Shown here: piece after piece, positions 26,928-36,169 of the stretch
Layout: each line of letters starts with the position of its first letter
Position numbering within the stretch: position 1 is the first letter of the stretch
Assembly (NCBI GenBank): GCA_037444405.1
Contig: JBBIML010000008.1
Span: forward strand, 68,225-132,224
Direction of reading: 5' to 3'
From: Armatimonadota bacterium
Lineage (GTDB): Bacteria > Armatimonadota > Fimbriimonadia > Fimbriimonadales > GBS-DC
Length of the DNA stretch: 64,000 bases
Translations under genes and position numbers: made by a program
The notes under the pieces: generated by a model
What the model saw: only the letters and a program-made list of their open reading frames with translations
The model's database searches: none
Told to the model about the DNA's origin: nothing

Positions 26928-29021
26928 CTAACTCACCGTTGCGATCGCGAAGCGGTGGCGGGCGCGTTCGACGGCTTCGCGCAGGGGCTGATGCTCCGGG
27001 CGGCTGAGGTCGGGGTCGCGCTCCAGTAGACGGAACGCCTCCTGACGCGCCACCTCCAGCAGTCGCATATCCTTGACCAGATCCGCCACACGGAACGAGG
27101 GCATCCCGCTCTGGCGCGTGCCGTAAATCTCGCCCGGACCGCGCAGGCGCAAATCCTCCTCCGCAATGATAAAGCCGTTATTGGTGCGGGTCAGAATCTC
27201 CAGTCGGCGTCGCCCCTCCTCGCCCTTCGGGTTGCCAATCAGCACGCAGTAGGATTGATGGATACTGCGCCCGACACGCCCGCGCAACTGGTGCAGCTGC
27301 GCCAGCCCGAATCGGTCGGCGTCCTCAATCACAATCACGGCGGCGTTCGGCACATCGACGCCCACCTCGATCACGGTGGTGGAGACCAGAATATCCAGCT
27401 CGCCCGCGCGGAAGGCTTCCATGACTTCCTCCTTTTCGGCGGGGCGCATGCGCCCGTGCAGAAGTCCCACGCGCAGGTCGGGAAACACATCCTTGCGCAG
27501 ATGTTCCGCCATCTCTTCGGCGGCGCGTACCTGCAGCTTGTCCGATTCGTCGATCAGCGGGCAGATGACATATGCCTGGCGCCCCTGCTCCACCAGCTGG
27601 CGCACGCCCGCGTACACCTTCAATCGCTCTTCGGGCAGTTTCCAGTGCGTTTTGACAGGCTTGCGTCCGGGCGGCATCTCATCTAAGATGGACACATCGA
27701 GTTCGCCGTAGAGGGTGAGCGTGAGCGTGCGGGGGATGGGCGTGGCGGTCATCACCAGCACATGGGGCATGACGCCCTTATCGCGCAGGGCGGCTCGCTG
27801 CAGCACGCCGAAGCGGTGCTGTTCGTCGATGATTGCCAGCCCCAGTCGGGCGAACTCGACCCCTTCCTGAATAAGCGCGTGGGTGCCGACGGCGACCATG
27901 CCGCGCCCTGTGGCGATGCGCTCGCGCGCCTGCGCCCGCTGGCGCGGGGTCAGCCGACCCACCAGCAGCTCCACCGTGATGCCCAGCGGCTGGAACAGCC
28001 GATGCAACACAATATAGTGCTGTTCCGCCAGTATCTCGGTGGGCGCCATAATCGCCGCCTGATACTGATTGTCCACCGCTGCCATAATCGCAGCGGCGGC
28101 GACTATCGTCTTGCCCGACCCCACATCACCCTGCAGGAGGCGGTTCATCGGGTGTGGACGCGCCATATCGTCCCAGATTTCGCGAATCACGCGCACCTGC
28201 GCGTTCGTGAGTTCGAACGGCGCCAGCTGATGCAACCGCGCCATCAGCCGTTCGGCGTCGATGCGCATCGCGATCCCGCGCTCCTGCATCAGCTGCTGAC
28301 GCTGAAGCCCGATGCCTAACTGCAATAAAAAGAACTCTTCGAACACCAGCCGTTGCCGCGCGGGTTCGATACGCTCCATGCTGTCGGGGAAGTGAACCTG
28401 CTGGATGGCTTCCTGAACGGGCATCAGTTGCAGGCGTGTACGCAGGTCGGCGGGCAGCAGCTCGGGCACAAGGTGCGCATGCTGGAGCGCGTTATAGAGA
28501 ATCTGGCGCATTCGCTTCTGTCCCAGCCCCTCCGTCAAGGGGTAGATGGGCACCACGCGATTCGCGTGCAATAGCTCGTTCATGTCGGTGTCGTCGCCAA
28601 TATCCTCCCATTCGGGCGTTTCGATTTGCAGTCCCCAGCCGCTCTCCTTGACCACGCCGTAGACCACAAGACGGCGGTCGCGCACGCGCAGGAGGGTGTC
28701 CTTCATGTAGGGCTGGTTGTACCAGACCAGCTCGATGGCGCCTGTGCCGTCGTCAATGAAGGCTTTGGTGAGGGTCATGTTGTTGCGCACCTTGATGTTG
28801 TCGACGGTGACGAGCCTGCCAGCGAAGGTGGCGGCTTCGCCGGGGCGCGCGTGGCGGATTTTGCGGAACTGGGTGCGGTCTTCATAGCGGCGCGGCAGGT
28901 GATAGAGCAGATCGTTCAGCGTGTAGATGTTGAGCTTCGCCAGCAGTTGAGCGATTTTCTCGCCCACGCCTTTCACATACTTGACCTCGGTCTCCAGCGT
29001 ATAGCGAGTTGCCGCACTCAT
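26928..29021 (-). CDS. recG: ATP-dependent DNA helicase RecG
   Basis: Wedge-domain N-terminus, GDVGSGKT Walker A and [10 protein letters not shown] motif. 697 aa. Confidence 0.93.
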   Translation of the reverse strand: MSAATRYTLETEVKYVKGVGEKIAQLLAKLNIYTLNDLLYHLPRRYEDRTQFRKIRHARPGEAATFAGRLVTVDNIKVRNNMTLTKAFIDDGTGAIELVWYNQPYMKDTLLRVRDRRLVVYGVVKESGWGLQIETPEWEDIGDDTDMNELLHANRVVPIYPLTEGLGQKRMRQILYNALQHAHLVPELLPADLRTRLQLMPVQEAIQQVHFPDSMERIEPARQRLVFEEFFLLQLGIGLQRQQLMQERGIAMRIDAERLMARLHQLAPFELTNAQVRVIREIWDDMARPHPMNRLLQGDVGSGKTIVAAAAIMAAVDNQYQAAIMAPTEILAEQHYIVLHRLFQPLGITVELLVGRLTPRQRAQARERIATGRGMVAVGTHALIQEGVEFARLGLAIIDEQHRFGVLQRAALRDKGVMPHVLVMTATPIPRTLTLTLYGELDVSILDEMPPGRKPVKTHWKLPEERLKVYAGVRQLVEQGRQAYVICPLIDESDKLQVRAAEEMAEHLRKDVFPDLRVGLLHGRMRPAEKEEVMEAFRAGELDILVSTTVIEVGVDVPNAAVIVIEDADRFGLAQLHQLRGRVGRSIHQSYCVLIGNPKGEEGRRRLEILTRTNNGFIIAEEDLRLRGPGEIYGTRQSGMPSFRVADLVKDMRLLEVARQEAFRLLERDPDLSRPEHQPLREAVERARHRFAIATVS

Positions 29022-29042
29022 CGTTATAGCAGTATACCCATT

Positions 29043-30077
29043 TCAATCCTCACCCGCCTGTGAGGACGGGTACAACAGTGGAGGGAGCGTCATATCGCTG
29101 CTGTGTCCGGGGAACATCTTCGCGCTGGGGTCGAGCAGATGCTTGGCGTGGTTAACGGCGATGCACACCTCGCCGACGCCCGTCGCCAGCAGCTTGAGCT
29201 TGCCCTCGTAGGTGCAGCCGTCGCCCGCGGCGTACACGCCGGGCAGGTTCGTCCGCATGAAGCGGTCGACCTTGATGGCGTTGCCTTCGAGTTCCAGCCC
29301 CCACTGCTTGATGGGACCGAGGCTGGCGACGAAGCCGAGATTGAGAATCACGGCGTCGACAGGCAGCTCCAGCTCGGTGTGAGTCTGGTTATGGAAGATG
29401 ACGGCGGACTGCACGCTGCCGTCGCCTTTGACGCGGCGCAGTTCGTAGGGGGTGAGGACGCGCACGGGCGATTGGCGCAGCAGGCGCACGCTCTGCTCGT
29501 GCGCACGGAACTCGTGGCGGCGATGGATGAGCGTCGTTTCGCGGGCAATCGGGTAGAGGTTAAGCGCCCAGTCGACGGCGGAGTCGCCCCCACCGACAAT
29601 CAGCAGGCGTTTATCGGCGAAGAGCGCCTTCTCGCGCACGCCGTAGTAGACGCCCTGTCCTTCGAACTCGGCGACGCCCTCGGCGTTCAGGCGGCGGGGT
29701 GTGAACGCGCCCGCGCCTGCACAGATGACCACCGTGCGTGTCGCGTGCCGAACGCCCTTGCTGGTGAGGATGACCCAGTAGTCGCCCTCGCGGATCAGCT
29801 TCTCGGCGCGCTCCTCCAGACACACCGTCGGCTGGAAGCGCATCGCTTGCCGAATCAGCTGTTCCGCCAGGTCCTTCGCCAGCACTTCGGGGAAGCCGGG
29901 CATGTCGTAGATATACTTTTCGGGGTAGAGCGCGACCAGTTGACCCCCCAGCTGGGGCAGGCTGTCGATGATTTTGGTACGCATGCCCCGCAGCCCCGCA
30001 TAGAACGCGCCGAACAGCCCGACAGGTCCCCCACCGATGAAGGTGATGTCGTACAGCTCGCTCTGCATCGCCATCAT
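29043..30077 (-). CDS. thioredoxin-reductase-like ferredoxin-NADP(+) reductase (YumC type)
   Basis: YDITFIGGGPVGL and IVGGGDSAVDWA dinucleotide-binding motifs. ATG at 30077 (MMAMQSELY). The upstream part of the 509-aa ORF looks non-coding. Confidence 0.85.
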   Translation of the reverse strand: MMAMQSELYDITFIGGGPVGLFGAFYAGLRGMRTKIIDSLPQLGGQLVALYPEKYIYDMPGFPEVLAKDLAEQLIRQAMRFQPTVCLEERAEKLIREGDYWVILTSKGVRHATRTVVICAGAGAFTPRRLNAEGVAEFEGQGVYYGVREKALFADKRLLIVGGGDSAVDWALNLYPIARETTLIHRRHEFRAHEQSVRLLRQSPVRVLTPYELRRVKGDGSVQSAVIFHNQTHTELELPVDAVILNLGFVASLGPIKQWGLELEGNAIKVDRFMRTNLPGVYAAGDGCTYEGKLKLLATGVGEVCIAVNHAKHLLDPSAKMFPGHSSDMTLPPLLYPSSQAGED

Positions 30078-30101
30078 GAGTCTACCTGACCGCCCGCGTA
30101 G

Positions 30102-30120
30102 CTTGAGCGTCCCGCTCAAG
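30102..30120. repeat. family C palindrome CTTGAGCG-tcc-CGCTCAAG overlapping the rluD-like stop codon
   Basis: Perfect 8-bp stem. The same stem recurs at 58514-58532. Confidence 0.85.
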
Positions 30121-31087
30121 AAACGAGCAGATGGAGAACTTGCTCGAAGTCGTCGGGCAGGGGTGCAGTGAAGCGCATCGGCTCGGCGGTGATGGGGTGA
30201 GTGAAGGCGAGCGCGTGGGCGTGAAGCAGCTGACCCTGCAGGGCGTCCAGCGCAGCTTGCAGGCGGGCGCTGGCGTCGGGGGGATACAGCCCGGAGGGCA
30301 GCCGTCGCCGCCCGCCATAGAGTGGGTCGCCCACCACGGGATGACCTGCGGCGCTGGCGTGAACGCGCACCTGATGCGTGCGTCCCGTGTCCAGTTTCGC
30401 CTCCAGCAGGGCAAAGCCGCGCCACCGCTGGCGCACAACAAAGTGCGTGCGGGCGGGACGCGCGTTCGCAGGCGCCCGCTCTGGCGAGAACGCCGCCATT
30501 CGCTTGCGATGCACAGGATGACGCGCGATGGGCATCTCCACCGTGAACTGACCGGCTTTCGGCTCGCCCCACACCAGCGCAAGATAGCGACGCTCAATCG
30601 CGCGACGCTGTAAATCGGCGGTCAGCCGCGCATGCGCCCGATCCGTACGGGCGACGATCAGCAGTCCGGTGGTGTCTTTGTCCAGCCGATGGACGATGCC
30701 CGGACGAAAGGGCGCGCTGCCGTGCGAGAGGCGCGGCGCATACGCCAGCAAAGCGTTCACCAGCGTGCCATGCGGATGACCCGGCGCGGGATGGACGGTC
30801 AGCCCGCGCGGCTTGTTCACCACCAGCAGATGCTCATCCTCGTACACAATCTCTATCGGGATAGGCTCCGGGCGAAGGTCGATCGGGGGCGGGCGGTCGG
30901 GTGGCAGGCTGAACTCGATGCGGTCGCCCGCGTGCAGTTTGTAGGCGGGCTTAACGCGCCGACCGTTGACCCGCACGCCGCCCGCCTCAATCCACTCCTG
31001 CCACCGCTGGCGACTGACGGCTGGCACCTGCTCCGCCAGCCACTTATCGAGTCGGACACCGCTTTCGGTGGCAATCTGTTCTACCAT
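30116..31087 (-). CDS. rluD: RluA-family 23S rRNA pseudouridine synthase (RluD-like) with S4 domain
   Basis: RLDKWLAE (S4 domain) and HRLDKDTTGLLIVA catalytic motif. The ATG at 31087 shares one nt with the upstream stop (TGATG). Confidence 0.88.
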   Translation of the reverse strand: MVEQIATESGVRLDKWLAEQVPAVSRQRWQEWIEAGGVRVNGRRVKPAYKLHAGDRIEFSLPPDRPPPIDLRPEPIPIEIVYEDEHLLVVNKPRGLTVHPAPGHPHGTLVNALLAYAPRLSHGSAPFRPGIVHRLDKDTTGLLIVARTDRAHARLTADLQRRAIERRYLALVWGEPKAGQFTVEMPIARHPVHRKRMAAFSPERAPANARPARTHFVVRQRWRGFALLEAKLDTGRTHQVRVHASAAGHPVVGDPLYGGRRRLPSGLYPPDASARLQAALDALQGQLLHAHALAFTHPITAEPMRFTAPLPDDFEQVLHLLVS

Positions 31088-31617
31088 CAGGTTTGCGCGG
31101 TGCGCGGTTGCGTCTGTCGCTGGCAGCTGGGGCACAGGGGGCGCCCGAACTTGGTGACGCTCAGGTCATACTGGGCGCGGCGCAGCGGGCGTCCACACTC
31201 GGCGCAGACCAGCTCTTCGGCAGGTGGGGCTGACTCGCCCCGCAGCGGCAGCGGCGAATCGGCGTAGGCGACCCGCCCCTCGGCGAGTTCACCTTCGCTC
31301 AGCTCGGGCGCAAACTGTGTGCCGTAGCCGCATAATGCCAGCGCACGCCCGATCGCGCCTGTCTCCGCCTTCTCCAGAAAGTCGGCGAAGTCGTTGCCCG
31401 TCTCCATGCGGGTGGCGGTCGCAATCACGCGCCCGTTATTGTCCTTGATTGTCGCACGAAAGACCGCTATCTGCCGCTCAAGGTTCAACTCCACCAGCTC
31501 GGTCTCGATGCTCCAGTCGGGATGCTCGTCTCTGAACCATGCGACGCGCGCGGCAACTGGCAGGTACTCCTGCCCGCCACGCACCCGAATCAGGTACCGC
31601 CTCACATTAAACGCCAT
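31087..31617 (-). CDS. Rad52/Sak/DdrA-like single-strand annealing protein candidate with C-terminal zinc ribbon
   Basis: EKAETGAIGRALALCGYG resembles the Rad52-family helix-hairpin motif. The C-terminus has CAECG..x18..CPSC. GGAGGG lies upstream of the ATG. Confidence 0.5.
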   Translation of the reverse strand: MAFNVRRYLIRVRGGQEYLPVAARVAWFRDEHPDWSIETELVELNLERQIAVFRATIKDNNGRVIATATRMETGNDFADFLEKAETGAIGRALALCGYGTQFAPELSEGELAEGRVAYADSPLPLRGESAPPAEELVCAECGRPLRRAQYDLSVTKFGRPLCPSCQRQTQPRTAQT

Positions 31618-31744
31618 CTTCTTACCCTCCGTCGGTATACAGATGTCTACTATTGTACCCGTGTTGAATGCCTCTTGTCAAGGGGTTGGGAGGCTGTTCG
31701 GAAAATTCCATTTTCAGCGGGTTTGGAGTGCCGAAGCGAGTACC

Positions 31745-32386
31745 ATGAAAGCCATGATGCCGATGGAGACGCTTTTGCCAGAGGTGCTGGGCGTGCGGGC
31801 GACCTATGCGCTCCTGATCAGTTGTGTGGCGCCGCGCCCAATTGCATGGGTCAGCACGCTTTCGCCCGATGGTGTGCCGAACCTCGCGCCGTTCAGCTTC
31901 TTCAACGCGGGCGGCTCGAACCCGCCATCGGTGGTGTTCTCACCCACCAACTTTCGCGATGGACGCCCCAAAGACACTCTGCGCAATGTGGAGGCGACAG
32001 GCGAGTTCGTCGTTAATATTGCACCCTACGAGCTGGCGCAGCAGATGAACGAGACCTCCGCCGATTTTGAGTACGGCATCAGCGAGTTCGCGCAGGCGGG
32101 TCTGACCCCACTACCCAGCCAGCGCGTGAAGCCCTATCGCGTGGCGGAAAGCCCTATCCAGATGGAGTGCCGCCTCTTTCAAATCGTTCGGCATGGCACA
32201 GGACCGCTTGCCGCTAACTATGTGATTGGCGAGGTGCTGTGCTTCCATATCGCCACGCACCTGCTGAAAGAGGGTCCCGTCGTGGACAATCGGGTGTCGG
32301 ACCTGATTGGGCGCATGGGCGAGTCGTGGTACTGTCGCGCCATGCCCGAATCGATGTTCTGGCTGCCGCGTCCACAACGCGGGTAA
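31745..32386 (+). CDS. flavin reductase family protein (FMN-binding split barrel)
   Basis: PRPIAWVSTLSPDGVPNLAPFSFFN is typical of the flavin reductase-like domain. Confidence 0.8.
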   Translation: MKAMMPMETLLPEVLGVRATYALLISCVAPRPIAWVSTLSPDGVPNLAPFSFFNAGGSNPPSVVFSPTNFRDGRPKDTLRNVEATGEFVVNIAPYELAQQMNETSADFEYGISEFAQAGLTPLPSQRVKPYRVAESPIQMECRLFQIVRHGTGPLAANYVIGEVLCFHIATHLLKEGPVVDNRVSDLIGRMGESWYCRAMPESMFWLPRPQRG

Positions 32387-32387
32387 A

Positions 32388-34793
32388 ATGTTCAGCGTGG
32401 GTTGGCAAACGGTGCGGTGGCGGAGCCGGGTGTACGGGATTGCCCTGCTTGCGTTGCTGGCGGGTGCGCTTCTGACAGGTGCTGACGGGACGGCGCCTGC
32501 GCAGCGGGCGCTTATCGTCGCGATCGATTATCAGCCAGCGGCGATTGACGAGCAGCTTGCGCAGTTGAAAGCGCTGGGCATTACGCAGGTGGCGGTGCGC
32601 CTGACGGGACTGCCCAGCCGTGAACAGTGGAGCAGTCTGCTGGACACGCTGGAGAAGAGCGGGCTGGAGTGGCGGCTGTGGCTCACGGGGTTGCCTCGCA
32701 CACGCGGCTGGATATGCCTGCCTGAACGGTATCGGCTGCGCGGCACCGAATCGGGAACCTACGCCGTTCAGATCCCCCGTGCGGATCGGGCGTTGCTCGC
32801 GCTCGCCCCGCGCGACCAGCCGAGCCTGCAAACCCTCTTATCGCTTGCCCTGACCGACGGGCGCGCTGTAGCAGCCATTGGCAACAGCGCGGAGAGCGTG
32901 CTGCTCCTGTACCCGCGCATCGAAAACGCGCTGCCCGACCTGTGGGAGGGCTGGGATCGCTATCGGGACGCGCTCCTTGCGCTGCTTCTATCCCGCAAGC
33001 CCGCAGGCAACTTTCGCGGCTGGCTGATTGAAAGCGCGTGGGACCCGCAGGCTGCCCGCGCCTTCCCCGAATCGGAACGGTTCCGCGCCGAATGGCAGGG
33101 CTTCCTGAAGCTGCGCTATGGCGATCTGATCGAGCTGGAGCGGGCGTGGGACACCAGCGCGGCGCTGAACCGATTCGAGCAGGCGGCGGCGCTCATTCCG
33201 CTCTGGCACGGCGAGCGTGGCTTGCCCTACCTGACCACGCCCGACGGCAAGCAGAAACCCATCGAGACCGACCCGCGCGAGTGCCGATTCTGGAGCGATT
33301 ATCACGCCTTTTTAGGGGAACGGTGGCGCACGATGCTGGGCGGCTTGCGCCAGGCGCTGCTCACTTTCACACCCGACGCCGCCTTCGATGTGGTTCAGCC
33401 GATGCCGGACCCGACCGACCTGCCCATGCCCGACGCGCTGAATCTGCCCGCCTCCACGACAGGCTATCTTCTGCCAGCGTCTTTGCGAAGCGAATGGCGA
33501 ACCTACCTGGTGCTGATCAGCTACACGGCACACCAGGCGACTCCCCGTACGCCCCTGCGCGTGCTGGCGATGGAGTGGCAGGGCGAATCGGCGGAGCGGG
33601 CAGAGCTGATGCAGAGCCTCGCGCGGGAGATGGGCATCCCCACCCTCATCTGGCTGCTGCGCGAGCCAGCCACACTCACGCGAGAAATCTGGAGCGCCCT
33701 GCAGGCAACCGATAGCGACCCCACAGAACCCACCTTTGTGCCGTTCCCCATAAGCCTGTGGGCGACCACGCGCCTGCAAAAGTGGCGCATCGGCTGGTGG
33801 CTGCCTGCCGACCCATCAGGCGACCTCCAGCCCCTGTTCTGGGGCTACGATCTGTTCGCCTTCTGGCGACCTGTCGAAATGCAGGTGCAGGACAAGCAGG
33901 GCAATCGCCTCGTGGTGAATCGACTGGAGCTGTATCTGTGGACGGGGAGCGGCGAGCGTGAGGTGGCTCTGCGCCGTTTTGATCAGGCGACGCTGGAGGC
34001 GGTCAATCTCAACGGCGAGCTGGTGCCGCTCAGCGTGCGGGGCGACACTGTGCGCCTGAAGGTCGGCACCGTTCCTGTGCGCCTGCGCGGGTTCGAACTG
34101 CTCCCGCTGTGCGAAAGCGTCGTGAACGAGTGGACTCAGCGCGTCGAATCGCTGCTGAAGCGCACGGCGCCTGCGGGTCAGGACGCGCGCGTGCTGCAGT
34201 TTCTGTTCAACGCTGCACTGGAGACCTATCGGCGGGATCGGGTGCAGGGCTTCCCGCTCGTGCGCGATGCATGGCTCGATATCGAGCGGGCGTTTCAGCC
34301 TTATCGCCTGCTGGAGGCGGAAAGCGCGCGCGAGCATACCTTCGGTACGGTTCGGCGCGACCTGTCAGCGAGCAGCGGCGCGACGCTTTGGCTCCATACG
34401 CCGCTCAAGCCGACACCCGACGGCTATTATGCCCGCTACACGCTCAATATCCGCACGGACGGCGCGTATAACCTCTATCTGGCGTGCCGCCTCCAGCCCT
34501 TGCGCAACGGCACACCCGACTCGGTGGAGTGGCAACTTTTTGCCAGCACCGACGAAAAAACGCCCATCGCGCGGGGGAGCGCCGTTTTAGACCCCGACAA
34601 AGCGGTCAATGCCTACGCCGAGCGGTTCCTCTGGCTCCCACTGGGCAGCGCGATGCTCAAAGCGGGCGATTATCAGCTGGAGCTGCGCCTGTTGCCCGCC
34701 GCCGAGCGCGTCAACTTCTTTGCCGAGTGGGACGCCCTGCTGATTGCCCCACCCGGCATCGCGCCCAGAGGCATCCTGCCGCCCGCGCACTGA
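32388..34793 (+). CDS. hypothetical membrane-anchored or secreted protein, about 800 aa
   Basis: N-terminal hydrophobic segment VYGIALLALLAGALLTG. ATG lies 1 nt after the previous stop. No catalytic motif recognised. Confidence 0.55.
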   Translation: MFSVGWQTVRWRSRVYGIALLALLAGALLTGADGTAPAQRALIVAIDYQPAAIDEQLAQLKALGITQVAVRLTGLPSREQWSSLLDTLEKSGLEWRLWLTGLPRTRGWICLPERYRLRGTESGTYAVQIPRADRALLALAPRDQPSLQTLLSLALTDGRAVAAIGNSAESVLLLYPRIENALPDLWEGWDRYRDALLALLLSRKPAGNFRGWLIESAWDPQAARAFPESERFRAEWQGFLKLRYGDLIELERAWDTSAALNRFEQAAALIPLWHGERGLPYLTTPDGKQKPIETDPRECRFWSDYHAFLGERWRTMLGGLRQALLTFTPDAAFDVVQPMPDPTDLPMPDALNLPASTTGYLLPASLRSEWRTYLVLISYTAHQATPRTPLRVLAMEWQGESAERAELMQSLAREMGIPTLIWLLREPATLTREIWSALQATDSDPTEPTFVPFPISLWATTRLQKWRIGWWLPADPSGDLQPLFWGYDLFAFWRPVEMQVQDKQGNRLVVNRLELYLWTGSGEREVALRRFDQATLEAVNLNGELVPLSVRGDTVRLKVGTVPVRLRGFELLPLCESVVNEWTQRVESLLKRTAPAGQDARVLQFLFNAALETYRRDRVQGFPLVRDAWLDIERAFQPYRLLEAESAREHTFGTVRRDLSASSGATLWLHTPLKPTPDGYYARYTLNIRTDGAYNLYLACRLQPLRNGTPDSVEWQLFASTDEKTPIARGSAVLDPDKAVNAYAERFLWLPLGSAMLKAGDYQLELRLLPAAERVNFFAEWDALLIAPPGIAPRGILPPAH

Positions 34794-34997
34794 CGCAATA
34801 ACAGGGCGCGGCGACCGCGCCCCTACTTGACGCGGGTACGGGCGCGGTTCCCGCGCCCTGATGACCCCCAGAGGCATCCTGCCGCCCGCGCACTGACGCA
34901 ATAGCAAGGCGCGGCGACCGCGCCCCTACTTGACGCGGGTACGGGCGCGGTTCCCGCGCCCTGATGACCCCCAGAGGCATCCTGCCGCCCGCGCACT
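34764..34997. repeat. 103-bp tandem repeat, two full copies plus a 28-bp third copy
   Basis: Copies start at 34764, 34867 and 34970. Each unit holds the last 30 nt of the upstream CDS plus two family B hairpins, GGGCGCGG-cga-CCGCGCCC and GGGCGCGG-ttc-CCGCGCCC. Confidence 0.92.
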
Positions 34998-35000
34998 AAC

Positions 35001-36167
35001 CTACGCGCGCGGCACCTCCACCCAGCGCCGCTCGTTCGCCGAAATCTCGACCGCTTCCAGCACCGCCTGGCAACGCAGCCCGTCGTAGAAGTTGGGCGAG
35101 GGCTGTTCACCCTTGCTGATGGCTTCCAGCGCGTCGCGCACCAGATGCGTGAAGGTATGCTCGTAGCCGATGATGTGCCCTGGCGGCCACCACGCGCTGA
35201 TATAGGGATGCACGCTTTCGGTGACCTGAATGGTGCGGAAGCCGCGCGTGCCCGCTGGATCGCTCTCCAGATAGAGTTCCAGCTCGTTCATCCGCTCCAG
35301 ATTGAACACGATGCTGCCTCTGGAGCCGTTGATTTCGAAGCGGTTATAGTTCTTGCGTCCGAGCGCGAAGCGCGTGGCTTCGAAGGTGCCGATCGCGCCG
35401 TTTTCGAAGCGAGCCAGGAACGCAGCGGCGTCGTCGACGGTGACCTCGCCCATCTCCGTGCTGGCTTGCCCACCCAGGCGGTCATCCGCCTCGCGCAGGA
35501 GCGGGCGCTGCTTGATAAAGGTGGTCATCATGCCGCACACCTCGCTGATCTCGCCCACGAGCCAGCGCGCCAGATCGATAATGTGTGCGTTCAGGTCGCC
35601 ATGCACGCCGGAGCCGGCAATCTCCTTGCGCAGGCGCCACACCAGCGGGAAGTTCGGGTCCACAATCCAGTCCTGCAGGTAGGTGCCGCGGAAGTGATAG
35701 ATTTGCCCGATAACGCCGTCGTCGATGAGCTTTTTGGCGAAGCTGACGGCGGGCGCCTTGCGGTAGTTGAAGAAGATGCCGTGCTTCACGCCGCTCTGCT
35801 CCACCGCCTGCACCATCTCGCGGGCTTCCTGCAGACTGTTGGCAAGCGGCTTCTCGCACAGCACAATCTTGCCGTTTCGGGCTGCCGCGATGGAGATGGG
35901 CGCGTGCAGGTTGCCGGGCGTGGACACATCGACGAGGTCGATATCGTCGCGGGCGACCACGCGCTGCCAATCGGTGTCGTACTCTTCGAAGCCGTACTTT
36001 TCAGCGGCGGCGCGCACGCGCTCCTCGTTGCGCCCGCAGATGACCTTCAGCACGGGTTCAATCTCCAGCTCCGGGAAGAAGCGGGCGACCTGGCGATAGG
36101 CGTTGCTATGCGCCTTGCCCATGAACTGGTAGCCAATCAGCGCGACATTGAGCTTCCGTTTCGCCAT
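35001..36167 (-). CDS. Gfo/Idh/MocA family oxidoreductase
   Basis: [19 protein letters not shown] Rossmann N-terminus and EKP motif. 388 aa. Confidence 0.85.
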   Translation of the reverse strand: MAKRKLNVALIGYQFMGKAHSNAYRQVARFFPELEIEPVLKVICGRNEERVRAAAEKYGFEEYDTDWQRVVARDDIDLVDVSTPGNLHAPISIAAARNGKIVLCEKPLANSLQEAREMVQAVEQSGVKHGIFFNYRKAPAVSFAKKLIDDGVIGQIYHFRGTYLQDWIVDPNFPLVWRLRKEIAGSGVHGDLNAHIIDLARWLVGEISEVCGMMTTFIKQRPLLREADDRLGGQASTEMGEVTVDDAAAFLARFENGAIGTFEATRFALGRKNYNRFEINGSRGSIVFNLERMNELELYLESDPAGTRGFRTIQVTESVHPYISAWWPPGHIIGYEHTFTHLVRDALEAISKGEQPSPNFYDGLRCQAVLEAVEISANERRWVEVPRA

Positions 36168-36169
36168 CG

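Noticed and set aside
34764-34997. Possible CRISPR array.
   Set aside because: The units are directly abutting 103-bp copies with no unique spacers. There are only two and a fraction copies and no cas genes in the window.
34587-35110. Three overlapping minus-strand ORFs (106, 89 and 95 aa) sharing the peptide MPLGVIRAREPRPYPRQVGARSPR.
   Set aside because: They are the reverse-strand reading of the 103-bp tandem repeat. The repeated peptide is a by-product of duplicated hairpin DNA, with no RBS or coding signature.
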